From contig NC_000909.1 of assembly GCF_000091665.1 (NCBI RefSeq), positions 790,712-822,711 of the forward strand: a stretch of 32,000 nt of DNA. The letters are read 5' to 3'. A program made the translations under genes and the position numbers. The notes under the pieces were generated by a model that did no database searches, was not told the DNA's origin, and worked only from the letters and a program-made list of their open reading frames with translations. Each line of letters starts with the position of its first letter. Within the stretch, counting starts at the first letter, position 1. Source of the DNA: Methanocaldococcus jannaschii DSM 2661 (GTDB taxonomy: Archaea; AGJL01; Methanococci; Methanococcales; Methanocaldococcaceae). Below are positions 19,133-28,881 of the stretch, piece by piece.

Positions 19133-20683
19133 ATGTTAAGTTGGGTAGAGAAGTATAGGCCAAAATCATTGAAAGATGTTGCTGGGCATGAAAAGGTTAA
19201 AGAGAAACTAAAAACATGGATTGAAAGTTATTTAAAAGGGGAAACTCCAAAACCGATTTTGCTTGTAGGCCCTCCGGGATGTGGAAAAACAACATTGGCT
19301 TATGCATTAGCAAACGATTACGGATTTGAGGTTATTGAACTCAATGCAAGTGATAAAAGAAATTCTTCTGCAATAAAAAAGGTTGTAGGGCATGCTGCTA
19401 CTTCCTCATCCATCTTTGGAAAAAAATTTTTAATTGTATTAGATGAGGTTGATGGAATCTCTGGAAAGGAAGATGCTGGAGGGGTCTCTGAGCTTATAAA
19501 GGTTATAAAAAAGGCAAAGAACCCAATAATTTTAACTGCAAACGATGCTTACGCTCCATCAATAAGGAGTCTTCTACCTTATGTTGAGGTAATTCAATTA
19601 AATCCAGTGCATACAAACTCAGTCTATAAAGTTCTAAAAAAGATAGCTGAGAAAGAGGGGCTTGATGTGGATGATAAAACGCTAAAGATGATTGCTCAAC
19701 ATTCAGCTGGAGATTTGAGGAGTGCAATAAATGACTTAGAGGCTTTAGCTTTATCTGGAGATTTAAGTTATGAAGCAGCTCAAAAATTGCCAGATAGAAA
19801 GAGAGAGGCAAATATCTTCGATGCTTTAAGAGTTATTTTAAAAACTACTCACTATGGAATAGCTACAACTGCCTTAATGAATGTTGATGAAACGCCAGAC
19901 GTTGTAATTGAATGGATAGCTGAAAACGTTCCAAAAGAGTATGAAAAGCCAGAAGAAGTTGCAAGGGCTTTTGAATATTTATCAAAGGCAGATCGATATT
20001 TAGGTAGAGTGATGAGAAGACAAAACTATAGTTTTTGGAAGTATGCTACAACGTTAATGACTGCTGGTGTTGCTCTCTCAAAGGATGAGAAGTATAGGAA
20101 ATGGACACCTTACAGTTATCCTAAGATTTTTAGATTATTAACAAAAACAAAGGCAGAGAGGGAGATATTAAATAAAATATTAAAGAAAATTGGTGAAAAA
20201 ACCCATACATCCTCAAAGAGAGCAAGGTTTGATTTGCAGATGCTTAAACTCTTAGCTAAAGAAAATCCTTCTGTAGCTGCTGATTTAGTTGATTACTTTG
20301 AGATAAAGGAGGATGAGCTAAAAGTTTTAGTTGGAGATAAGTTAGCTTCTGAGATATTGAAGATATTAAAAGAAAAGAAAAAATTGGAAAGAAAGAAGAA
20401 AAAAGAGAAAGAGAAGTTAGAGAAAGAAAAGAAGAAAGAAGAAAAAGCTAAGGAAAAACAGTCAAATCTGATTATACAACCTAAAGAAATTAAAGAAGAG
20501 GTAAAAGCTGAAGTAGAGAAAAAAGAAGAAGTTAAAGAAAAGATAGTAGAAAAACCAAAAGCTGAAGAAGTAAAAGAAAAATCAAAAACAGAAGAAAAAG
20601 AAACTAAAAAAGATAAAAAGAAGGGAAAGAAAAAGAAAGAAGATAAAGGAAAGCAACTAACTTTAGATGCTTTCTTCAAATAA
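19133..20683 (+). CDS. rfcL: Replication factor C large subunit
   Basis: 516 aa; [23 protein letters not shown], Walker A (GPPGCGKTT), Walker B ([10 protein letters not shown]), Lys/Glu-rich tail, C-terminal PIP-box-like [10 protein letters not shown]. Confidence 0.96.
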
Positions 20684-20685
20684 AT

Positions 20686-23600
20686 TTATTTAAAAAACTT
20701 ATCTAATGTTAATTGAGCTCCTTCTTTCTTCAACTCATTTTTTGAAACTCCTACGGCTTCCATAATTCTCAAAACTGGAGGAAGAATCTGATTATCTATA
20801 TAGTAATTTACATCAATATCATCGATATCAACCTCTTCTGGAAGTTTTGCTCTCTCACTTATAGATTTTGTTCCTTTAACTATTATATAACCAATTATAT
20901 CCCCAACTTTTATCCTCTTTCCTTCTCTCATCAATTTTTTAGCTATCTCAACGTGTGGGGCTGTGGTTTTATACTCCTTAGGGTCTTTTGTTAGTTGAGT
21001 GTAAATAATTAAGTCCTCTTTTTTTATTTTCTTCTCTCTCAAATCTTTAATAACATCTTGGATTATCTTTTTAGCTTTCTCTATACTACCTTCAACCAAT
21101 AAAGCTTCTAAAACCCTCCTTTGTGTTATCTTTGCAATGTTAGACCAATCTCTTCTAACGAACTCCAACCCTTTAACTGTAACTCTTCCATTCTCATCGA
21201 TTAATGCATATCTCTTTTTGGTAACAAAGATACCTCTCTTAAAGTAGCCCTCAAACTCCAACTCCATAGTTCCAGGTAGTTTTGAGTTTATGTATTCAAC
21301 AAATTCCATAGCTTTCTTTATTAATTCCTCTTTGCTAATTTTTTCTTTCCAAATGGCATAAAATCCATCAGTGTCAATATATAAAACTTTAAATCCAAAC
21401 TTTTCTGCCTCTTTAACTGTCTCTAAGATATATTTTCTTCCTAAATAAGTTACAATTTCAGCACATTCTCTGCTGTAAAATCTCGCCCTTGGAAAAGCTA
21501 AATAGCCATAGACGCTGTTATGAGCGTAGATATTATTAACTAAAAAGTTTTCGTTATCTTCAACGCTTAAATCATAAACATAGCCGCTATATTCAAATGC
21601 TTCAATTTCTTTAACTTCATCAAGCATTAAATCTTTAACTGTTCCATACTTTGGATTTAAGGTTAATTTGTATCCTTTATTTTTAACTGGTGTGAATCTC
21701 GTTGGAATTCCTACTAAATTAAATAATATCATCAACTGGTTTAAATATTTCTCATCTTTAGCCATAAATGTTGAAGTTCCTTTGTGAGAGTTTTTCTTTG
21801 CCTTTAAAAATCCGTCTAAAAAGCTTTTTATAACACTTTCACTTGCTAAAAACAGCTCTTCAGGAATGTGTTTTTTGTCTTTATCCCCACATTTAAAGAT
21901 ATACTTTAGAACTAAATACACAATTTTGTTGTCCATTGTAACCTTATCTTTGACCATAGAACCTGCCCCAAACACTTCCTTAAATGTTTCAGCAATTTCT
22001 TTCTGATATTCTGGTAATGACTTATAGACAGAAATTTCATAAACTGTTTCTCCTTTTAATTTCTGTTTTTTCAACCTTCCCCTTGTTACAAAGAATCCTA
22101 AAAATTTAGCCAACTTTTCATCTAATTTTAAAAGGGCATTTATTTTTCCACTATATGCTCCTATCTCACAATCCTCAAACTCTTTATCGGGAATATTTGC
22201 TATATAATCCTTAATTTTTATGTATTGGATGTTACATCTGCCTTTTTTGAAATTACCGTGTTCTATAACCGTGTCGAAATATTTTTTGTATGCTTTGAAT
22301 TTTTCCTCATCTAATATCTTTATATCTACCTTGTTTATCTTTTTAATGATGTTATAGTCTATTAGCCCAAGTTCTTTTAAATACAAAATGCAATCATCAA
22401 AAATAACTTTTAATTTGTTGTTTTCTATATCCTCAAGTGTCTTTTTCAATTTAACGAAAAACGCTTTATCTTTATGTTTTGTGATTACAAGGTCTTTTAT
22501 TTCCTCTTCATCAGCATTAATTAATCTCTTTGGAATATTTATAACAACCTCTTTATCCACACAAGTAAGTTTCTTTGGGACAACTATCAAGTCACCAAAC
22601 CTTACATCATCTCCTTTAACCTCTACAATTTTCCCATTTTCATATTTAAATAAACTATGTCCTCTTGTTACCTTTATTGTTCTTCCTGACCTCAATTTTA
22701 TTTTATAAGCTTTCCCAAAATATGGATGTCTAATCAATGCCTTAACTTTTTTTATCTCACATTTTTTAGTTATTTTATCAAATGAGAATGTTTTTAAATT
22801 TTTAGTTTCCAATATTTCGCTGATGCCACTAAATTTAATTTTATCCTTATGTTTTCTCATTAAATCATCAATATACTCTCCAATTTTTACTACTTTTATA
22901 CCATCTTCCTCAATTATTGTTAAATATTCGTCTGGTAGAATGCTGTTAGCTAAAATCTTCAATGATTTCTGCTCATAATCTAAGAGGTTATATTCTTCAT
23001 TAATTTCTCCAATCTCAGCCATCTTTTTCATCCTCCTCTTAATATTTATCCTTCTTTCAATCAAATTTCTTAGGGTTTTTGGAATCAATCCTTCTTTCTT
23101 TTTACAGAACCAATGTCCCAATATTTTTTCACTAACATCTTTACAACACTCACAATCCAACGTATCTGGACTTATATTGTAGGATATGATTATTGATGGA
23201 TACAAAGAGTTATGGGTTAAAATTCCATTTGCAAAATAGTATGGTCTTCCTTCAAGGGTTAAATCATAAACTTCCCCTTTATAACTCTCCAAAGAAACAC
23301 AAACATCATCTAAATCATAGAATCCATAATCTCCAATTTTGTATAATGTTTTTTGTCTTATAATTTCATTAAGTAGATTGTTTTTTCTCCTACTGATAAA
23401 ACTAATTAAGATAGAAAACTTTATTAAATCTCCTTTTGAGAAAATCTCAATAACGTATCTTTTTAATTTTTTCCCTCTTTCTTCATAAGAATAGGTATAG
23501 AAACTGTATTTTATCCCTAATCTATCAAGAAGTGAGGCAATAAATTTAATTTTATCATAATTATTTGTTCCCTGATTTACAACTACTGCCCTTCTCACTG

Positions 23601-25590
23601 TATTTACATAACCATCTCCTTCAAAGAATCCCCTTAATATCGCATTTGGAAGATATTTTTCTTTATTTTTTAAGATTTCTTCAATCTTCAAATAAATATC
23701 TTTTTTAGCACAACCAAGTGTTATTGCCTTAGTTCCTTTTTTTCTTCTTACATATAGCTCATAATTAAACAGTTTTTTAAATATATATTTTATTTTTTCA
23801 ATAAAATCCTTTTCATCTTCATTGACAGTAATTTCAACTCTGTATTGATGAGAAATTCTTTTTTTGCCTCTTGAAGAGTCGAAGTATTCAATATCTCTCC
23901 TTAACAAATGCCCTTCTGCCAATAAAATACCAATAAGCTCACTTTTTAAGATAAAGTCCTCATCCATATCATTAATATATTTTTCGTAGTTTCCAATCGT
24001 TTCAAAGTCCTTACACAAAATTAGCTTCCCCTCTCCCTTGAATTTTGTTAATAATGATTTTGCATAAATATCTCTAACTAAATAATCATTTTTATTTATT
24101 TTTTTATGTTTAATTTTATATCTCAGTGGAATTTTATGGTTTGGAGTGCATTTTAATCCATTCACATTTATTAATTCGCCTTCATACTCATACTTCCAAA
24201 CCTTCTTTACTTTCTGCCAGCCATCTATTCCTAAAACGTAATTTCCCTCTTTAACGTCTTCAATATTAACTATACCTTTTCCTTTAACAACAACCTTTGT
24301 TCCTTTTGGATGACATCTGAAATCCATTGAAATGATGTCCTCAAACATCCCCTTTTCTGGTTCTTTAACATATCCCCCCTCATAGGTTGTTAATACCCTC
24401 CGTCTATACTCCTCTTCATCTGGTTTGTTTGGAACAATCATATTTTCTTTAAAAGCTCGCTTCATCAATAGATATTCAACCATCTGTCCAGAACTCATCC
24501 TTGTAATCTCAAAAGGTGTTTGATTAACAATCCTTGAGAACATCACTTCCAATGGGAAGAAGTATTTTCCAATTTTGTATGTGTATTTGGCATCTTGCAG
24601 GGAATATTCAATAAGAGTTTTATCATTATTTGCCCAATAATCTACAATCTTTGTATGTGGGATTTTTAGCTTTTCAATTCCAAATAAATTATAGACAACA
24701 TCTTCCAAAGTGTATTTTGTTAATTTTAGCAATCTTCTTGATATTGGATATAAATCAATATGCACCCTCCCTGGAATGTAGCTTCTATACTCCATACCTC
24801 CTCTTTTTATCTTTAGCTCCTCTCCATCCTTTCCTAAATTGATATCTATCCCATATATTTTAGCCCTTGCCTTTAAATAAGGAAAATCGAAGTTATCTCC
24901 GTTGTAGGTGTAGATGACATCATACTCCTTTAGAGTTTCAATAATTTTTTTGATTAGTTCTTTTTCATTTTTAACAACTTCTATATTTGGGTGATTAAAT
25001 TCTTTGTAAGTTATAACCTTTCCTCCGTTCTCATCCCAAAAGCTTGCCATTAAAATAGGGTCTCTCTCTGGGTTTGGCTCAGTATCTCTATTATAAACCT
25101 CCATATCAAAAGCTACTGATTTTAATTTAGGAATTTCTATGCTAACTGGCTTTTTATTTTCAAAATCCCAGTATGTCATTGGGATTATTTCATTATCTAT
25201 TAGGTATCTTTTAGCAAATGGAATATCATGTTCATAAATCTCTTTAACTATTTCACACTCTTTAATTTTCCTAAGTTTTGGAACTTTCTGTGGGTGAGTT
25301 GCTATGATTTTAATTACTTCCTTTTCCTTTCTAAGAATTATTTTTTTAACAACCTCAATATTTTCAACAAACTTTAATAAGTCATTTTTTAAAAGGAATT
25401 CCTTTATTTTCTCAATATCTTCATTTTCAACTTTCTCTTTATGTAGTTCAACGTAGAAATACGGTTTAAAATCTCTATCTTTTAGAATAGAGTTGATTAA
25501 ATAAAGATAAATAACTGCTTTATCCTCAATAGTTTTGTATGTGTTGTCTATTAGAGCATCAATTTTTATTTTTCCCATACTCATCCCCAA
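20686..25590 (-). CDS. polB: Family B DNA polymerase precursor containing two in-frame inteins
   Basis: 1634 aa; 3'-5' exonuclease motifs (FDMEVYN; YNGDNFDFP), polymerase motif A interrupted (SMDFR|...|SLYPSII), motif B region interrupted (LKILAN|...|SVYGYLAF), motif C YIDTDGFY. C-terminal PIP-box-like AQLTLDKFFK. The likely true start is the ATG at 25578 or 25584; the track start at 25590 is TTG. Confidence 0.97.
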   Translation of the reverse strand: MGMSMGKIKIDALIDNTYKTIEDKAVIYLYLINSILKDRDFKPYFYVELHKEKVENEDIEKIKEFLLKNDLLKFVENIEVVKKIILRKEKEVIKIIATHPQKVPKLRKIKECEIVKEIYEHDIPFAKRYLIDNEIIPMTYWDFENKKPVSIEIPKLKSVAFDMEVYNRDTEPNPERDPILMASFWDENGGKVITYKEFNHPNIEVVKNEKELIKKIIETLKEYDVIYTYNGDNFDFPYLKARAKIYGIDINLGKDGEELKIKRGGMEYRSYIPGRVHIDLYPISRRLLKLTKYTLEDVVYNLFGIEKLKIPHTKIVDYWANNDKTLIEYSLQDAKYTYKIGKYFFPLEVMFSRIVNQTPFEITRMSSGQMVEYLLMKRAFKENMIVPNKPDEEEYRRRVLTTYEGGYVKEPEKGMFEDIISMDFRCHPKGTKVVVKGKGIVNIEDVKEGNYVLGIDGWQKVKKVWKYEYEGELINVNGLKCTPNHKIPLRYKIKHKKINKNDYLVRDIYAKSLLTKFKGEGKLILCKDFETIGNYEKYINDMDEDFILKSELIGILLAEGHLLRRDIEYFDSSRGKKRISHQYRVEITVNEDEKDFIEKIKYIFKKLFNYELYVRRKKGTKAITLGCAKKDIYLKIEEILKNKEKYLPNAILRGFFEGDGYVNTVRRAVVVNQGTNNYDKIKFIASLLDRLGIKYSFYTYSYEERGKKLKRYVIEIFSKGDLIKFSILISFISRRKNNLLNEIIRQKTLYKIGDYGFYDLDDVCVSLESYKGEVYDLTLEGRPYYFANGILTHNSLYPSIIISYNISPDTLDCECCKDVSEKILGHWFCKKKEGLIPKTLRNLIERRINIKRRMKKMAEIGEINEEYNLLDYEQKSLKILANSILPDEYLTIIEEDGIKVVKIGEYIDDLMRKHKDKIKFSGISEILETKNLKTFSFDKITKKCEIKKVKALIRHPYFGKAYKIKLRSGRTIKVTRGHSLFKYENGKIVEVKGDDVRFGDLIVVPKKLTCVDKEVVINIPKRLINADEEEIKDLVITKHKDKAFFVKLKKTLEDIENNKLKVIFDDCILYLKELGLIDYNIIKKINKVDIKILDEEKFKAYKKYFDTVIEHGNFKKGRCNIQYIKIKDYIANIPDKEFEDCEIGAYSGKINALLKLDEKLAKFLGFFVTRGRLKKQKLKGETVYEISVYKSLPEYQKEIAETFKEVFGAGSMVKDKVTMDNKIVYLVLKYIFKCGDKDKKHIPEELFLASESVIKSFLDGFLKAKKNSHKGTSTFMAKDEKYLNQLMILFNLVGIPTRFTPVKNKGYKLTLNPKYGTVKDLMLDEVKEIEAFEYSGYVYDLSVEDNENFLVNNIYAHNSVYGYLAFPRARFYSRECAEIVTYLGRKYILETVKEAEKFGFKVLYIDTDGFYAIWKEKISKEELIKKAMEFVEYINSKLPGTMELEFEGYFKRGIFVTKKRYALIDENGRVTVKGLEFVRRDWSNIAKITQRRVLEALLVEGSIEKAKKIIQDVIKDLREKKIKKEDLIIYTQLTKDPKEYKTTAPHVEIAKKLMREGKRIKVGDIIGYIIVKGTKSISERAKLPEEVDIDDIDVNYYIDNQILPPVLRIMEAVGVSKNELKKEGAQLTLDKFFK
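21517..22944 (-). mobile_element. Intein 2 in DNA polymerase (476 aa, residues 883-1358), homing endonuclease motifs apparently degenerate
   Basis: Starts SILPDEYLTIIEEDG, ends GYVYDLSVEDNENFLVNNIYAHN before Ser. Block B-like GRTIKVTRGHSLF. Removal restores LKILANSVYGYLAF. LAGLIDADG-equivalent positions read LGFFVTRGR and FLDGFLKAK. Confidence 0.95.
23209..24315 (-). mobile_element. Intein 1 in DNA polymerase (369 aa, residues 426-794), with LAGLIDADG-type homing endonuclease motifs
   Basis: Starts CHPKGTKVVVKGKGIVNIEDV, ends YYFANGILTHN before Ser. Hedgehog/intein blocks NGLKCTPNHKIPL and GEVYDLTLEGRPYYFANG. Endonuclease motifs LIGILLAEG and LRGFFEGDG. Removal restores DFRSLYPSII. Confidence 0.96.
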
Positions 25591-25628
25591 TAGTTAATTT
25601 TGGGGACAATAGTTTAAATAATTTATTT

Positions 25629-27491
25629 TTATCCTCCCCATATAATTTCTCCACAGTTATCTGGCTTTTTAAATGGTAATTTGGCAGTTTTTAAAGCTTT
25701 AATAAAGTTTTGAACATCCTCATCGTTAAATCTCTCCTTTCTAATTAAGAAGTCATAATGTTCATTAGCCAATGGAATAAAAGCTAAATTATATTGTTCT
25801 GCAACTGTCCTTATGCCTAAACCAATATCTGCCTTTTTCATTGCTATAGCTGTAGCAACTGCTGAATGTGTCTTTGCCTCTATGTTGTAGCCTTTAATCT
25901 CTTTTGGATTTATATTATAATCTTTCAAAAACTTATCAAACAATATTCTTGTTCCAGAACCTTTATTTCTATTTATAAACTCTAATTTATAAATATGTTC
26001 TATAATCTCCTCTATAGATTTAAAGCCTAATTCTTTCCTAAACATAAATCCTTGCTCCCTAATATATCCTCTAACTAATACAGCATCTTTAACTTTATAC
26101 TTCTCTAAGAAAGGGATGTTGTAGGTGTTGGTTTTTTCATCCAACAAATGAATTCCGGCAATATCTGCCTCTCCTCTTTTTATTGATAATACTCCACCTA
26201 AAGAACCAACATTTATAGTTTTTGCTAATAACTTTGCCTCTTTTAAGATTATATCTACACCAATACAATGACTGCCAATAATATTTAATCCAACTTTAAC
26301 ATCTCCAAATAGATGAACTTCTACATCTTCATTCTCTAAAATCTCTTTATTTTCATCAATAATTATATACCCATCTGCCTCTGATAAAGAGGTTATAGCT
26401 CCGCTTCCTTTAGTTATTGGATAAGCTGAGAATCCATTCTTATGCTTAACTAATATAACTGGTAGATATTCCACCCTCCCCTTTGCTGAAATATATCTCA
26501 CTGGGAATTTTGCCTTTACAACATTCTTTTCGTCTCCAAATAGGACATCGAATATAGTTAGGCATGAGGTCGGATAGCCAGGCAATCCGACAATTAACTT
26601 ATTATCAATTTTCCCAATTATAGTTGGTTTTCCTGGCTTTATCTTTATTCCATGAACTAAAATTTTCCCACCAAGCTCTTTTATAGCTGTTTCAGTTAAA
26701 TCCCCGACACCTGCAGAAGTTCCCCCACTTAATAAGATTATATCACATTTTAGAGCTTTTTTAATCTTTTCTTTTAATTCTTCTTTATCATCTTTGGCTA
26801 TTCCAAAGAATTCAAAATCATAGCCAAGAGTTTTTATGTAAGATACTAATGTATAAGAATTTATATCGTAGATTTTTCCAAACTCTAACTGCTCATTTGG
26901 GCTTATAATCTCATTTCCAGTTGATATTATTCCAAATTTTAGTTTTTTATAAACTTTAACTTTGCTTTTACCAATAGCAGCTAAAACCCCAATATCTCTT
27001 GGGGTTAATTTAGTATTTTTTCTTAAAACAAGCTCTCCAGCCATTATATCTGAACCAGTGAATTGGATGTTTTCCATTGGGGGGACTGCCCTGTATATCT
27101 TAACTCTATCATTATCTCTTTCAGTGTATTCAACCATAACAACGGCATTAGCTCCTTTTGGAATTATTGCTCCCGTAGCTATCTCTACACATTCTCCATT
27201 ATTTATTTCTAAGTCTTTAATCTCCCCAGCTTTTAAAGAACCAATAACCTTTAACTCTACTGGATTGTCTTCATCTGCTTCATAGGTATCTTCTGCTTTA
27301 ACTGCATAACCATCCATCTTTGCCCTATCATAAGGTGGGATATCTATATTAGAAAATACATCTTCAGCCAAAACTCTTCCAATGGCGTTAAATAAATCAA
27401 CCTCTTCAACTTCATTTTTTAATTTTTTTAAACTCTCATTTATTATGGATTTTGCTTCTTCAATGCTGTGTAATGTTAAATATCTTGTCAT
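25629..27491 (-). CDS. moeA: MoeA-family molybdopterin molybdenumtransferase with fused C-terminal periplasmic-binding-like (LysR substrate/PBP-like) domain
   Basis: 620 aa; N-terminal MoeA motifs ([20 protein letters not shown]; [17 protein letters not shown]; [13 protein letters not shown]; [10 protein letters not shown]). C-terminal segment [22 protein letters not shown]...[24 protein letters not shown]...[40 protein letters not shown]. Confidence 0.93.
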
Positions 27492-27493
27492 AT

Positions 27494-28150
27494 TTATCTC
27501 CTCTTTACCACAAATCTTCCAGCTGATGAATGCTTTGGCTCTACATCAATTCCTAAGCTTTTTAGATAATTTTTTGTATATGTATCATTTCCATGGATGA
27601 ATATCTCTCCCAAATCTTCTGGTGTGTTTATATCAACAGAGATTAAAAAGGAATCGTAAATGTAATATCTTAAATTTCTCTTTTTTGCCTCTTCTAAATG
27701 TTTTAAAAAACTAAAGCCCTCGTATTTTATCTCAATTAAATCTTTAGATTTTAAATATAATAAGTTAGTTCCCCCTCCTCTTGATGGAGCTATAATTAAA
27801 TCATAATTCTTAGAAAGTTTTAAGATATCCTCAATATGCTTTTTCTTAATTAATGGGATGTCTGCTGGAATAATGATAACTTCTTTATCTTCAATTTCCT
27901 CAAATGCCTGTTTTATTGCATTGTTTAATCCTTTATATTTTTCTTTAATAGTTTCTGCCTTTAATTCATTTTTAGCAAAATCCAAAATTTCCTCATCTCT
28001 GCTAACTATAACAATATCTAAACCATCTAAAGCTTTAATAATATCTTTAAGCATATTTAATAATAGGTTTTTCCTCTCCTCACCACTTAAAAATTCTGAT
28101 AATCTGGTTTTTAGTGAGTTTATTGGTGATACAGGGATTATAACTTTCAT
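27494..28150 (-). CDS. cofC: 2-phospho-L-lactate guanylyltransferase (coenzyme F420 biosynthesis)
   Basis: [76 protein letters not shown]. The track start at 28168 adds 6 aa. Confidence 0.92.
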
Positions 28151-28172
28151 TTTTATCCCACAATTCATTTAT

Positions 28173-28793
28173 TTATATAAAAAGTTTTGCATAGCTAAAA
28201 GCCATCCTATCTCCAATTTCTCCATGTCCGGGGTATAATTTATCTATATTCCTTTCATTTGCTATTCTTTCCAATAAATTTATGGAGTTTCTCAGCTGAA
28301 TGACATCTCCAGTAGGTAAGTCCCATCTTCCAACTCCATAGGCAAAGATTGTGTCTCCAGTTATTAAACTATTTTCATAGATTATTGAGATAGAACCATA
28401 GGTATGTCCAGGAGTTCTTATAATCTCTAAACCATAACTTTTTAACTCCTCTTCAATTTCAGATAAGGGGATTATTTCTTTTGGAGGATTTAACTTAGCT
28501 CCAAATAGGGATGATACAGTAACTTCATCTCCATTTTTTAAATGCTTAACTTCTTTATCTTCTATTATAGTTGGACAGTTAAAATATTCCTCAATTAAAT
28601 AATCTGCTGATGTGTGGTCAAAGTGGCAATGTGTGTTTATTATTAAGTCAATATCTTTTATTCCATTCCTTTCTAATTCCTCCATTAATATATTAAATGT
28701 CCCAGAAGTTCCTGGGTCTATGAGAATATTTTTCTTTCCAATTATTAAGTAAGAGTTTGAGCTGTAACCGTATCCATTAAGTTTTAGAATCAT
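28173..28793 (-). CDS. Metallo-beta-lactamase-fold hydrolase
   Basis: 206 aa; THCHFDHTSAD, IRTPGHTYGSISII, LITGDTIFAYGVGRWDLPTGD, YPGHGEIG. Confidence 0.93.
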   Translation of the reverse strand: MILKLNGYGYSSNSYLIIGKKNILIDPGTSGTFNILMEELERNGIKDIDLIINTHCHFDHTSADYLIEEYFNCPTIIEDKEVKHLKNGDEVTVSSLFGAKLNPPKEIIPLSEIEEELKSYGLEIIRTPGHTYGSISIIYENSLITGDTIFAYGVGRWDLPTGDVIQLRNSINLLERIANERNIDKLYPGHGEIGDRMAFSYAKLFI

Positions 28794-28881
28794 TCTCTCA
28801 CCAACTAAAAAGTATAAATTATAAATAAATAAAGTATAAATATTGTTAAAAACTTAAGTTAATTAAATTTTCAAATTTATT

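Noticed and set aside
19503-20679. Minus-strand ORFs (102 aa and 128 aa, Phe/Ser-rich) within rfcL
   Set aside because: [11 protein letters not shown]-type sequence is the complement of the Lys/Glu-rich RfcL tail, not a real gene.
21517-24315. Inserts in polB as transposons or assembly artefacts
   Set aside because: Exact intein splice-junction residues, intact splicing blocks and in-frame extein restoration identify them as inteins of 369 and 476 aa.
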